Origin: Candidatus Latescibacterota bacterium
Lineage (GTDB): Bacteria; Latescibacterota; UBA2968; UBA8231
Assembly (NCBI GenBank): GCA_965219385.1
Contig: CBDCNM010000002.1
Location: 3,482,305 to 3,546,304, forward strand
Reading direction: 5' to 3'
DNA: 64,000 nucleotides
Shown piece after piece: positions 38,466 through 48,569 of this stretch (within the stretch, counting starts at the first letter, position 1; each line of letters begins with the position of its first letter). Under the pieces are notes generated by a model. That model was given only the letters and a program-made list of their open reading frames with translations. It did not search any database and had not been told where the DNA came from. Position numbers and translations under genes: made by a program.

Positions 38466-40696
38466 TGCAAGGATGCAAACTGCTGCCCCCCTTTTTCATA
38501 TTGTAGGACCAAAACTCCGAGGGGAGGAAGCTGCAAGACCACCGAATGTTTATGGGCGTGCCAGGGCATTTCTTCGGAGAGAACCCTTCCCTCGTTGCCG
38601 ACATTCCCGCCCCCGTACACCGCAGCGTCGCTGTTCAGCAATTACGGCATACCAACCAGGAATCGGGACGCCCAGGCGGTAGCCCTGCCGCTGGACGGGC
38701 GTAAAATTGCAGACGAAGATCAGCATGTCCTCTGGATCGTCCCCCCGGCGGATGAAGGCAATTACGCTGTTTTCTGCATCCTGGCAATCAATCCACTCAA
38801 ATCCGTCCGGCTGTAGATCGTATTTGTGCAACAGGGGTTGTGAGCAATAGAGGGCGTTCAACTCACTGACAAAGAGCCAGACCCCGCGATGCAACTCGTA
38901 TTGCAAAAGGTGCCAGTCGAGACTCTTGCGATGATCCCATTCATCCCATTGTCCGATCTCTCCCCCCATAAAAAGCAATTTCTTACCAGGATGCCCGTAC
39001 ATGAAACCATAGAGCAGACGCAGATGGGCGAACTTGTGCCAGTCCTCTCCTGGCATCTTGCTCAATAGAGAGGCCTTGCCATGGACCACTTCATCATGGG
39101 AAAGCGGCAGGATGAAATTTTCTCGATAGGTGTATAACAACCCAAAGGTCAGATTTGCATGGTGGTACTTGCGGTGCACCGGGTCCAGCTTCATATAGTG
39201 CAACACATCGTTCATCCACCCCATATTCCATTTGAAGCCAAAGCCGAGCCCCCCCATGTGGGTCGGTCGCGACACGGCTGGCCAGGCCGTGGATTCCTCG
39301 GCAATGGTCATGGTGCCGGGGAACCGTGCATAGACCAGAATGTTGAGCTGTTTGAGAAAATCGATGGCTTCTAGATTTTCCCGGCCGTTGTCGCGATTGG
39401 GTACCCACTCCCCCTTTTTGCGCGAATAGTCCAGGTAGAGCATGGAGGCCACAGCATCCACTCGGAGTCCGTCAATATGATACAGGTCGAGCCAGAACAG
39501 CGCGTTCGAGAGCAGGAAACCGCGCACTTCGTTGCGGCCGAAATTGAAGATCAGGGTACCCCAATCCGGGTGCTCCCCCTGCCTGGGATCGACGTGCTCA
39601 TACAGGGAAGTGCCATCGAATTCGGCCAAGCCATGGGCGTCTTTGGGAAAGTGTCCGGGGACCCAGTCCAGGATTACGCCGATGTCGTGCTGGTGGCAGT
39701 AATCCACGAAATAGGCAAAGTCTCCGGGGGTGCCGAAACGCGCCGTCGGCGCAAAGTAGCCGGCCACCTGATACCCCCAGGAACCGGAGAAAGGGTGTTC
39801 AGCAAGCGGCAAAATTCTATATGGGTAAAACCCATCTCCTGGACATATGCGACCAGCTGGTGCGCCAGCTCCCGGTAATTGAGCAACCGATTTTCCTCCG
39901 GGTCATGGCGCCATGACCCGGCATGGACCTCGTAGATCGCCATGGGTTCTTCGAGCCAGTTCACCCGGATCCGCCGCGCCATCCAGGCGTCATCGCTCCA
40001 GGCAAAGCCACCGATATCCTGTACGATGGACCCGGTGCGCGGCGGCACCTCGGTGCAAAATCCATAGGGATCGCTCTTGAGCAGGATGCGCCCGGGCGCG
40101 GTCTTGATCTCGTACTTGTAGACCACGCCCCCGCCGATGTGCGGGACGAAAATTTCCCAGATGCCCGACGATCCCAAAGACCGCATGCTGTGGCGTCGGC
40201 CATCCCAGTGATTGAAATCGCCCACCGCGCTCACCCGCCGGGCACCAGGCGCCCATACCGCAAAATGCACCCCTTTGACACCGCCCAGTTCCCTTGTGTG
40301 GGCGCCGAGAATTTCGTAGGCGCGGACGTGGGTTCCTTCATTAAAAAGGTACTGGTCATGGACATTCAGCACCGGCCAGAAGGAGTATGGATCGCGCTGC
40401 CGGGAGATTCGACCCCGACCATCTTCCATCTCCAACTCATAGGCAAAAAACTCCTGGATCCCGGGTATCGAGGCTTCGAAAAATCCTTCTTCGTGAATGC
40501 ACTCTGCCGAGTACCGGTCCCGTCCATCTCCCTGTCTCACCACGGCTACGGTCTTTGCCCCCGGTAAAAACATCCGCACCACCAGCCCCCTTTCCCCACC
40601 TCCATCCACCCGGTGCATACCCAGAATGCTAAAAGGAGCCTCGTGATTGGCGTGGAGGATCCCGTCCAGGTCTTTTTGCGCTACTGTAGCCCGCAT
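38462..40696 (-). pseudogene. glgB: 1,4-alpha-glucan branching enzyme with two frameshifts
   Basis: Start MRATVAQK at 40696. [20 protein letters not shown] is broken by a missing base in the A4 run at 39811-39814. [20 protein letters not shown] and SHDEVVH are intact. A second shift near 38643 precedes [11 protein letters not shown]...LPPLGVLVLQYEKGGQQFASLQ*. Confidence 0.9.
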
Positions 40697-40697
40697 G

Positions 40698-41549
40698 CTA
40701 GGAGCGAGGGAGGTGGTGGGTGGCTTCGGGGGTGGACTTGGAGTGCTGGTGATGTTGGTGTCCACCAGCGAATAGTTGCGATCCTCGCCTCCAAAGAGCA
40801 AGCAGAAACAGGCCGGCCAACACCATGAGGCCCACCTCCTTCAGGCCTGTGGTCTCCGTGCCGTCGTTCCAGAGAATCATCCACAACAATACGAACCCGC
40901 CCACTCCTCCCAATCCTGTGTGGAGGCGGCTCTCTCCTGCGTGAGAACGGTGTACTACTACGTGGAGCAAGGATCCGGCCACCAGGGCCTGGAATATCCC
41001 CCTGACCTGGTTTCCTCCTCCCTCCCAGGCGGTCTCACCGAGAAAAAAACCAGCCACTGTGGCCAGGACGATCAGCCCCAGGGTGGCCAGAGCCGCACCC
41101 ATTCCGTAGAGTGGCCGCAGGAGGAGCCATATGGTCAGCCCGACGGGCAGACGGTGCAGAATCACCGCCAGGGGAAGCCCCGGATGCCCGTGTTCTTCTG
41201 CTGACCCGCCTGATTCGGCCAGGGCCAGGCCATCCACAAAGGCGTGGAACGCAATCCCCACCAGGGCCACTGTCAGGGCCACCATGTGGGCCTGTCGGGC
41301 CAGACCGTGCAGCCGATGCTCTATCAGGGTGGGTACCAGCAGGCCGACCAGGCCACCCAGTATGGCTGGCCAGCCTGCCAGAGCCATGCTCTCGGGGATG
41401 ACATGCAGTAGTACCAGGCCGCTGATGGCCACGAGGACAAAGCCATCCAGGGCGCCCAGCATGAAGCCGGCAAAACGCGCCAGCTGATGCACCAGGGGAC
41501 CGACGGCCAGGGTAAAAATACCGATGAGCAGCAAATAGATATCAGGCAT
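40698..41549 (-). CDS. ZIP-like divalent metal permease with His-rich segments
   Basis: About 8 TM helices; HAFVDG and ILHRLPVG resemble ZIP TM4/TM5 motifs; His-rich tail. Confidence 0.65.
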   Translation of the reverse strand: MPDIYLLLIGIFTLAVGPLVHQLARFAGFMLGALDGFVLVAISGLVLLHVIPESMALAGWPAILGGLVGLLVPTLIEHRLHGLARQAHMVALTVALVGIAFHAFVDGLALAESGGSAEEHGHPGLPLAVILHRLPVGLTIWLLLRPLYGMGAALATLGLIVLATVAGFFLGETAWEGGGNQVRGIFQALVAGSLLHVVVHRSHAGESRLHTGLGGVGGFVLLWMILWNDGTETTGLKEVGLMVLAGLFLLALWRRGSQLFAGGHQHHQHSKSTPEATHHLPRS

Positions 41550-41683
41550 AATATATCGCGTGTGATGGATGTACTCACAGGACAATCTTTTTGATAATGT
41601 AAAAGCTATACAGCTAAAGACAAGTACCCACTACCCATACCTTACTTGCCATGGGTCGCGGAGATATGTACCATTTTTACTAT

Positions 41684-43015
41684 ATGAAACAACGCGCAAT
41701 AACAGGTTGGGGGCTCTACCCGGTCGTTCGGGCTCAGAAAAACAAGGCTCGCCAACTGGATGAGTTGAGAGGATTTGCCCGGGCGCAAACCCCTTTGCTG
41801 GCCCAGGGCAATTGCCGCAGTTACGGCGATGCCTGTCTGTACTCCCAGGTGGTCTCCACCCTGGACCTGAAGCATCTGCTCGCCTTCGATCCCGAGTGCG
41901 GTATCCTGCGGACACAGGCCGGCATTACCCTTGAAGAGATCATCCGTTTTGCCCTGCCGCACGGCTTTTTTCCACCCGTGACTCCGGGTACTAAATTCCC
42001 GACCCTGGGGGGGTGCATCGCCGCCGACGTCCACGGCAAGAACCATCACGTGGATGGATCCATCGGCAATTTCATCGATGAACTGGAAATGGTTCTGGCC
42101 GACGGATCCTGCGCCCGGTGTTCTCGGCGGGAAAATGCCGACCTGTTCTGGGCGACCTTGGGTGGTATGGGACTGACTGGATTCATCTACGCAGCCACCT
42201 TGCGGCTCAAAAAGGTCCCGTCTGCCTATATCGCTTTGCGCTCGATCAAAACCGCGAATCTGCGCGAAACCTTCCAGGTCTTCGCCCAAACCCAGGACGA
42301 CTATCTCTATTCTGTGGCCTGGATCGACTGTCTGCAAAAAAACAGAGGACTCGGCCGCGGCATTGTCATGCTGGGCAACCATGCCGCAGTGCCAGAACTT
42401 GGTTGGTCCGCCCCTTTCAAAACGCACCCGACGCGCCAGCACGACATCCCTTTTCACTTCCCGGACTTTGTGCTCAATCCCTGGTCGGTGCGGGCGTTCA
42501 ATGCCTTGTATTATCACCGGCAACTGCGCCACCAGGTGGACTCGATGCTACATTACGATCCGTTTTTCTATCCTCTCGATACCATCGGCCACTGGAACAG
42601 GATTTATGGCCGCCGCGGTTTTCTGCAGTACCAATTTGCCATTCCCTTTGCCGACGCCCTCGCAGTCATGGGAGAAATCCTGGAACGAATCGCTGCCCGG
42701 GGCACAGGCTCTTTTCTGGTCGTGCTGAAGGCCTTTGGTCCTCAGGAAGGCCTCCTTTCTTTCCCCATGCCAGGCTATACCCTGGCCCTCGACTTTCCCC
42801 TGCGGGATGACCGCCTCATTCCCTTCCTGCACGATCTGAATAAAATCGTCCTGCGAGCCAGGGGTCGGGTGTACCTGGCCAAGGATGCGTTTCTCGACCG
42901 CGAAGATTTCGAGGCTATGTATCCCAGACTGGAAGAATTCAAAAAAATTAAGCGGCGCCACGATCCCCGTAACCACTTCCGTTCACATCAATCCGAAAGA
43001 CTGGGCATATCATGA
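41684..43015 (+). CDS. FAD-linked oxidoreductase, DprE1-like
   Basis: RSYGD, VTPGT, DVHGKNHH, GGMGLTG, YSVAWID, LQYQ and YLAKD motifs. Confidence 0.88.
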   Translation: MKQRAITGWGLYPVVRAQKNKARQLDELRGFARAQTPLLAQGNCRSYGDACLYSQVVSTLDLKHLLAFDPECGILRTQAGITLEEIIRFALPHGFFPPVTPGTKFPTLGGCIAADVHGKNHHVDGSIGNFIDELEMVLADGSCARCSRRENADLFWATLGGMGLTGFIYAATLRLKKVPSAYIALRSIKTANLRETFQVFAQTQDDYLYSVAWIDCLQKNRGLGRGIVMLGNHAAVPELGWSAPFKTHPTRQHDIPFHFPDFVLNPWSVRAFNALYYHRQLRHQVDSMLHYDPFFYPLDTIGHWNRIYGRRGFLQYQFAIPFADALAVMGEILERIAARGTGSFLVVLKAFGPQEGLLSFPMPGYTLALDFPLRDDRLIPFLHDLNKIVLRARGRVYLAKDAFLDREDFEAMYPRLEEFKKIKRRHDPRNHFRSHQSERLGIS

Positions 43016-43755
43016 GCCAGCGCGCTCTGATCCTCGGCGCCAAATCCGCTATTGCCCAGGCCATCGCCCGCCGGCTGGCGTCCGCCGGCTACGACCTGAT
43101 TCTGGCCGCCCGCGACCCGGTCCAGCTGGATCCCTTCGCCGCCGACATCAGGGTGCGAACCGACCAGCAGGTGGATCTGGTCGAATTCGATGCCCTGGAA
43201 TGGGAATCTCTGGGGGCTGTGTCCCAGCGTCTGCATGGCGAATTCGGCGAGTTTCATCTCGTGGTTCTGGTTTTTGGTTACCTGGGCGATCAAGGTGTAG
43301 CTAGCCGCGATACCGCGGAGATGGTGAAAATCCTGCACACCAACTTCACCGGTGCCGCCATCGCTCTCGGCCACCTGGCCAATTACCTGGAGGAGAGGGA
43401 GCAACCCTGCGGCATAATCGCCATTGGTTCGGTGGCCGGAGATCGGGGGCGCCAGAGCAATTATCTGTACGGCGCCGCCAAGGGAGGACTGGCGCTGTTC
43501 TTGCAGGGTCTGCGCAACCGGCTCTCTTCGACCCAGGTCCACGTATTGACGGTGAAGCCTGGTTTCGTCGATACCCCCATGACCGAAGATATGGAGGGTT
43601 TGTTTCTGGTGGCCCCACCCGACAAGGTGGCGACGGATATCCTAAGGGCTTACAAGAAAAAACGGGATGTGCTCTACACCCCGTGGTTCTGGCGCTATAT
43701 CATGCTGATCATCAAAAGCATACCCGAGCGCATTTTCAAGCGCTTAAAGCTCTGA
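43012..43755 (+). CDS. Short-chain dehydrogenase, DprE2-like
   Basis: LILGA.SAIA, SVAGDRGRQSNYLYGAAK and VKPGFVDTPMT; ATGA overlap with the DprE1-like gene. Confidence 0.88.
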   Translation: MSQRALILGAKSAIAQAIARRLASAGYDLILAARDPVQLDPFAADIRVRTDQQVDLVEFDALEWESLGAVSQRLHGEFGEFHLVVLVFGYLGDQGVASRDTAEMVKILHTNFTGAAIALGHLANYLEEREQPCGIIAIGSVAGDRGRQSNYLYGAAKGGLALFLQGLRNRLSSTQVHVLTVKPGFVDTPMTEDMEGLFLVAPPDKVATDILRAYKKKRDVLYTPWFWRYIMLIIKSIPERIFKRLKL

Positions 43756-45942
43756 AAGTTCGTCTATATCGGGCGGTTCAAGGTCTATGGTCTGTTCGCC
43801 AGGTTCCATTTTTTTCCCTACTTCGCCGCGCAAGCGCTGCTCCAGGGTGGTGTGGCGCTCGGCCACCTTGTTGTTTTGGATGGCCAGCTTCAGCGCCTTT
43901 TGCGTCCCCACCATGACGATCATCTCTTTGGCCCGGGTGATGGCGGTGTACAGAAGATTGCGCTGCAGCATCACATAGTGCTGGGTGGTAAGGGGTAGCA
44001 CCACCACCGGAAATTCCGATCCCTGGGCGCGATGGGTGCTGATGGCATAGGCCAGAATCAGTTCGTCCAGGTCGACAAATTCATACTGGACCACCGTATC
44101 AAATTCGACCTCCATCACCTCCTTTTCCAGGTCCAGCCCCGAGATGAACCCCATATCGCCATTGAACACCCCCTTGTCGTAGTTGTTGCGCACCTGCATA
44201 ACCTTGTCCCCAGGGCGAAATTCCACCCCTCCATGGCGATGGCCCGCCGCCGCCGAATTCAGGCCCTGCTGCAAGCGCTGATTCAGATTGGTAGCGCCGG
44301 TTTCACCCCGGTACATGGGAGTCAGAACCTGGATATCCTGCAAGGGATCCCAGCCGCCATGGGCCGGCAAACGGCGCCCACACAAGTCCTCAATCACCTG
44401 CACCACGCACTCGGGCTCATCTTCCTCCACAAAGAAAAAATCCGTGCCTTCTTTGTTGTCGATCAGGGGAAACTGTCCCTGGTTGATCTGGTGGGCATAA
44501 ACCACGATCTGGCTTTCCCGGGCCTGGCGAAAAATCTCGTTGAGCCGCACCACCGGCACCTCTCCGGAATGGATGATGTCGCTCAGGACATTGCCAGGTC
44601 CTACCGAAGGAAGCTGGTCCACATCGCCGACCAGAACCACGCGCGCCGTATCCGGTAAAGCTCGCAGCAAAGCATTCATCAGCACGATATCGATCATGGA
44701 CGTCTCGTCCACGATCAGGGCATCCGCATCCAGCCGATCGTCGTAGTCCTTTCTGAACTTCCCCTCGGAAGGCGCGAATTCGAGCAGTCGGTGAATGGTT
44801 TTGGCCTCCCGGCCGGTTGTTTCGGCCAGCCGTTTGGCCGCCCTTCCCGTAGGCGAGCACAGCAAAACCTTGAGGTCGTGGTCCTCGAACAGCTTGAGGA
44901 TCTCCCGGGTGACCGTGGTCTTTCCCGTGCCCGGCCCACCGGTCAGCACCACCACCTTTTTGGTCGCGGCCAGGGCAATCGCCTCCTGCTGATTCTTTGC
45001 CAGCTGCAACCCGTCCTCTGCCTTGGACCGGGTTTTCCATTTGAGCTTCACCGCGCTCGGGGTCCGCAGCAAGCGCCGCAGGGACGATGCCGTCCCCATC
45101 TCGGCGTGGTACAACGGAGGCAGGTAATAGCGCAGATCCTCGGTCACGACGCCATCGTCCGCACGCAGACTCTCCAGGGCGGGGGGAAACAGCTCCGCAT
45201 CGACTTCGAGCAAGTCTTTGCCCTGCTCCATCAGTTCCACTACCGACAAAAACACGTGGCCGTGGTCGGCGCACTGGTTGAGCAAATAGCGCACACCGGC
45301 CTTCACCCGCTCGAGCGATTCAGGGGCAAACCCCAGGTTGCGGGCGATCAGATCGGCTGTCTGGAAACCGATACCGTGGATTTCGCGCTCCAGGCGGTAG
45401 GGATTTTCCCGAACGCTCTGGATGGCCTTCTCGCCGTACTGCTTGAAGATCTTCACCGCGTACCCCGTGGTGACTCCGTAAGACTGCAAGAAGACCATGA
45501 CATCCTTGATCTGGCGCTGTTCCTCCCAGGCTCCGGCGATCAATTCCACCCGTTTCTGGCCCAGCTTGGGCACCTCGATGAGCCGGAAGGGATCCTCGTC
45601 GATGATATCCAGGGTGTCAGCGCCAAAGTGCGCCACAATCCGCCTGGCCGAAACCGGTCCGACGCCCTTGATCAGTCCGGATCCGAGGTATTTCTGGATG
45701 CCGTCCAGGGTCGAAGGGTAAACCTGCTGGTAGGCTTCGATCTTGAACTGCCGCCCGTATTGGGGGTGGCTCACCCACGCCCCTTCCACCTCCAGGCTCT
45801 CCCCTTCCTTGAGCGAGGCCAGGGTGCCCACCACGGTTACGCGCTCCCTTTTTCCTTCCGGAGCCAGGCGGGCAATGGTATAGCCGTTTTCCGGATTGTG
45901 GTAGGTGATGCGCTCTATATGTCCTTTAAAAGATTCGGTCAT
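43744..45942 (-). CDS. recD2: ATP-dependent RecD-like DNA helicase
   Basis: HhH region IKGVGP; GGPGTGKT, DETSM, GDVDQLPSVG, IFRQ, HRAQGSE and LLYTAITR motifs. Confidence 0.95.
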   Translation of the reverse strand: MTESFKGHIERITYHNPENGYTIARLAPEGKRERVTVVGTLASLKEGESLEVEGAWVSHPQYGRQFKIEAYQQVYPSTLDGIQKYLGSGLIKGVGPVSARRIVAHFGADTLDIIDEDPFRLIEVPKLGQKRVELIAGAWEEQRQIKDVMVFLQSYGVTTGYAVKIFKQYGEKAIQSVRENPYRLEREIHGIGFQTADLIARNLGFAPESLERVKAGVRYLLNQCADHGHVFLSVVELMEQGKDLLEVDAELFPPALESLRADDGVVTEDLRYYLPPLYHAEMGTASSLRRLLRTPSAVKLKWKTRSKAEDGLQLAKNQQEAIALAATKKVVVLTGGPGTGKTTVTREILKLFEDHDLKVLLCSPTGRAAKRLAETTGREAKTIHRLLEFAPSEGKFRKDYDDRLDADALIVDETSMIDIVLMNALLRALPDTARVVLVGDVDQLPSVGPGNVLSDIIHSGEVPVVRLNEIFRQARESQIVVYAHQINQGQFPLIDNKEGTDFFFVEEDEPECVVQVIEDLCGRRLPAHGGWDPLQDIQVLTPMYRGETGATNLNQRLQQGLNSAAAGHRHGGVEFRPGDKVMQVRNNYDKGVFNGDMGFISGLDLEKEVMEVEFDTVVQYEFVDLDELILAYAISTHRAQGSEFPVVVLPLTTQHYVMLQRNLLYTAITRAKEMIVMVGTQKALKLAIQNNKVAERHTTLEQRLRGEVGKKMEPGEQTIDLEPPDIDELSEL

Positions 45943-45990
45943 GGACTTTTAATCTATACGCCCGGTCCGAATCAAGTCAAGGACAGCTTT

Positions 45991-46052
45991 CTTAGAAGCC
46001 GTCTTAAAATTCCGGGCGGAAGGCCACCGGGGGTTTTGAGACGGCTTCTAAG
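45991..46052. mobile_element. 62-bp MITE-like inverted repeat
   Basis: CTTAGAAGCCGTCTTAAAA...TTTTGAGACGGCTTCTAAG (19-bp arms, 1 mismatch) in an intergenic region. Confidence 0.65.
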
Positions 46053-46160
46053 GCTATAATGCGGTACCCTCTTGACAGGGCCAGGCATACGTGCATATAG
46101 TTTTATCGAATTCAGGACGACAGGGCTGGCGTCATCAACCCGCGGAAAGGACACATCGCA

Positions 46161-47267
46161 ATGCATATTTACGAAGAGCTGGGCGTCAGGCCCGTGATCA
46201 ACGCCCAGGGCAACCGGACCCTGTTGGGCGGCAATACTCCTGCCCCGGCTGTCCGCGCCCTCATGGACCAGTCCGAGGACTACTATGCCGATATGGGCGA
46301 ATTGTCGGATCGGGTCGGTAAAAAAATAGCCGATCTGCTGGGTATCGAGGCGGCGCTGGTAACTTCTGGAACCGCCGCGGCCCTGGTGCTGGGCGCCTCG
46401 GCGTGCATGACCGGGGTGGACATCGCCAAAATAGAGCAACTCCCCGATACCACCGGCATGCCACACGAGTTCATTATCCAGCGGGGTCTGCGCCTGAAAT
46501 ACGACCGCTGCATGACCATTTCCGGCGGTGTACTGGTGGAAGTAGGCGATGAAGAGGGGACCCGGCCGGAACACATCGAGGCAGCGCTCGGCCCCAATAC
46601 CGCGGGCATTCACTACTTTGTCCTGGACGGAGCACCGGGCGTCCTGGCGCTGGAGGAGGTGATCCAGATCGGCCACGCCCACAACCTGCCTATCATCGTG
46701 GACGCGGCCGGCAGGGTCTATCCCACCGAGTTGCTCAGCAAGTACGTCAAGATGGGCGCCGATTTAGTGGCCTACGGCGCCAAGTACTACGGCTCGGTGA
46801 ATGCCAGCGGGCTGCTCACCGGCAAAAAGGACCTGGTGGAGGCAGCTGCCATGCACAGCTTCATTGGTTTCGAAGCCTCTCCGATACGGGCGCTGGGCAG
46901 ACCTATGAAGGTGGATCGGCAAAACATAATCGCGGCGTACGCAGCCCTCAAAGAGTGGCTCTCCATGGACCACGAGGCCCGCTATGCCTCCTACGAGGCC
47001 CGCATGGCTACCACGCGCCAGGCCTTGAAAGACCTGCAGACCATCGAGCTGGTCGATCCCGACCGGTCGCGCGAAGACCTCTGGATCCGGGTCGATGCCG
47101 AAAAACTGGGCAGGACCGCCGCCGAGGTGGTGGACGAACTGCACGAGGGCAACCCCAGTATATGGGTGCGCCAGGACGGCGATGAACACCACTTCAGCCT
47201 CTACTTTGGAGCCCTCCCAGAGGGACAGGAAGCCCTGATTGTGGAAAGACTTAAAGGAATACTCTAA
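46161..47267 (+). CDS. SelA-like PLP-dependent enzyme (DgaE/D-glucosaminate-6-phosphate ammonia-lyase-like)
   Basis: YEELGVRPVINA, VDAA, GADLV.YGAK and GRPMKV motifs. Confidence 0.82.
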   Translation: MHIYEELGVRPVINAQGNRTLLGGNTPAPAVRALMDQSEDYYADMGELSDRVGKKIADLLGIEAALVTSGTAAALVLGASACMTGVDIAKIEQLPDTTGMPHEFIIQRGLRLKYDRCMTISGGVLVEVGDEEGTRPEHIEAALGPNTAGIHYFVLDGAPGVLALEEVIQIGHAHNLPIIVDAAGRVYPTELLSKYVKMGADLVAYGAKYYGSVNASGLLTGKKDLVEAAAMHSFIGFEASPIRALGRPMKVDRQNIIAAYAALKEWLSMDHEARYASYEARMATTRQALKDLQTIELVDPDRSREDLWIRVDAEKLGRTAAEVVDELHEGNPSIWVRQDGDEHHFSLYFGALPEGQEALIVERLKGIL

Positions 47268-47284
47268 GCAAAACAGGAGTGCAA

Positions 47285-47914
47285 ATGGCCAGAATCAAAA
47301 CCCTCGTCTTTGGCGGCGGAGAAATACACGATTGGAGAGGCATTCAGCCAAAGGTAGTGGATGCCCTGAGCGCGTCGGATGCGCTGGAGATTACCACGGC
47401 ACAGGAGGATCTTGCCGCCCTCGAAGCAGAAAGCCTGAATTCCTACGATGTGCTGGTCTTTCACTACACCGTCGGCACCATCTCCGATGCCCAGCGCGAT
47501 GGCCTTTCCACCTGGCTGGCCTCTGGCAAGGGCTACGTCGGCATCCACAGTGCAGCGGATTCCTTCCGCGCCGATCCCGACTACCGCAACCTGGTGGGCG
47601 GGTATTTTGTCACCCACCCACGTTACCGCGAGTACCAGGTCAGCGTCAAAGAACCCGAACACCCCATCATGCAGGGGGTCGACGAAGAATTCATGGTCAC
47701 CGACGAACAATACATCCTCGACTACGATCCCCGCGTTCACGTGCTGGCAAACGCTTTGTGGAAGGGAGAAACCATGCCGGTAGCATGGACCAAATCGCAC
47801 GGCGAGGGGCTTGTCTACTATCTGGCCCTCGGCCACGACCCGGCAGCATGCGAGCATCCCGTCTTCCGCAAGCTGTTGCTGCAGGGAACCCTCTGGGCGG
47901 CCGGGAAGGCATGA
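47285..47914 (+). CDS. ThuA-domain protein
   Basis: HDW, GYVGIHSA, GG.F..HP, DEQY and G.VYYLALGH motifs. Confidence 0.87.
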   Translation: MARIKTLVFGGGEIHDWRGIQPKVVDALSASDALEITTAQEDLAALEAESLNSYDVLVFHYTVGTISDAQRDGLSTWLASGKGYVGIHSAADSFRADPDYRNLVGGYFVTHPRYREYQVSVKEPEHPIMQGVDEEFMVTDEQYILDYDPRVHVLANALWKGETMPVAWTKSHGEGLVYYLALGHDPAACEHPVFRKLLLQGTLWAAGKA

Positions 47915-47993
47915 CCCGCGCCGATCGCGAGGTCGTCATGGTCAGCGGAGCGGCCACAACGGTCTGGTCGCCGCTAGGTCCTATAGTCGACCC

Positions 47994-48569
47994 TCACAAC
48001 AGACCGCTGAACAGGCTCATTATCAACCCCGCCGAGCAGCCGCCCAGCAAGGCCCCCCCCCCCACCTGTGCAGGCGTATGCAATTTTAGCCGCAGACGGG
48101 CCCAACCTACCAGGGGCAGAGCAAACAAGCAAGGCCACAACTCCCGCCCGACAACCAGCAGCAGGATCAACAGGCCTCCGCTGACCCCCACAGCATGAAT
48201 ACTGATCTTCCAGTACTTGTTGATCTGCCAGACCAGCAAGGCATTCCCGAAGTAGGTACATCCCGCTCCGAGCATGAATCCCGGTGCCTCCACGAACACC
48301 AGCGTGATAAATCCCAGGAAGTAGCAAACAGCCCCCAGCAACAACAGAAACCCCCTCTGGCTTCGTTCAGGCGGGTATAAATCCTGGACAAACCCCGCTC
48401 GGAGCAAGTAGAACAAGATCAACCCAGGTACCAGAGCATAAAAGACGATCCCAACCAGGCCTGACACCCAGTTCCCGCCGTTCTGCCACATCACCCCTCC
48501 AAAAACCCACCAGGCCACCAAGGCCGGATTCAGCAAGTGCGAAGCCAGGACGGCTGCCCTGTCAAGCAT
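47994..48569 (-). CDS. PAP2-like membrane protein
   Basis: About 6 TM helices; KISIHA and WARLRLKLHTPAQV..G motifs. Confidence 0.72.
   Translation of the reverse strand: MLDRAAVLASHLLNPALVAWWVFGGVMWQNGGNWVSGLVGIVFYALVPGLILFYLLRAGFVQDLYPPERSQRGFLLLLGAVCYFLGFITLVFVEAPGFMLGAGCTYFGNALLVWQINKYWKISIHAVGVSGGLLILLLVVGRELWPCLFALPLVGWARLRLKLHTPAQVGGGALLGGCSAGLIMSLFSGLL

Larger units (their letters stand above)
36123..38500. repeat. Tandem duplication, 1189-bp unit (36123..37311 and 37312..38500)
   Basis: Identical ORF translations recur at +1189 (36413/37602, 36253/37442, 36759/37948); no differences seen by eye. Confidence 0.97.

Noticed and set aside
39805..39820. Programmed frameshift in glgB
   Set aside because: Only a 4-base run, no stimulatory structure seen, and a second independent indel exists.
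44791..46059. Long antisense ORFs (also 60098..61378, 54450..55613, 19993..21045, 11397..12368, 9698..10645)
   Set aside because: Shadow frames of well-supported genes in GC-rich DNA, with no motifs of their own.
46161..47267. True selenocysteine synthase selA
   Set aside because: Shorter, DgaE-like motif pattern; no selB, selD or tRNA-Sec nearby.
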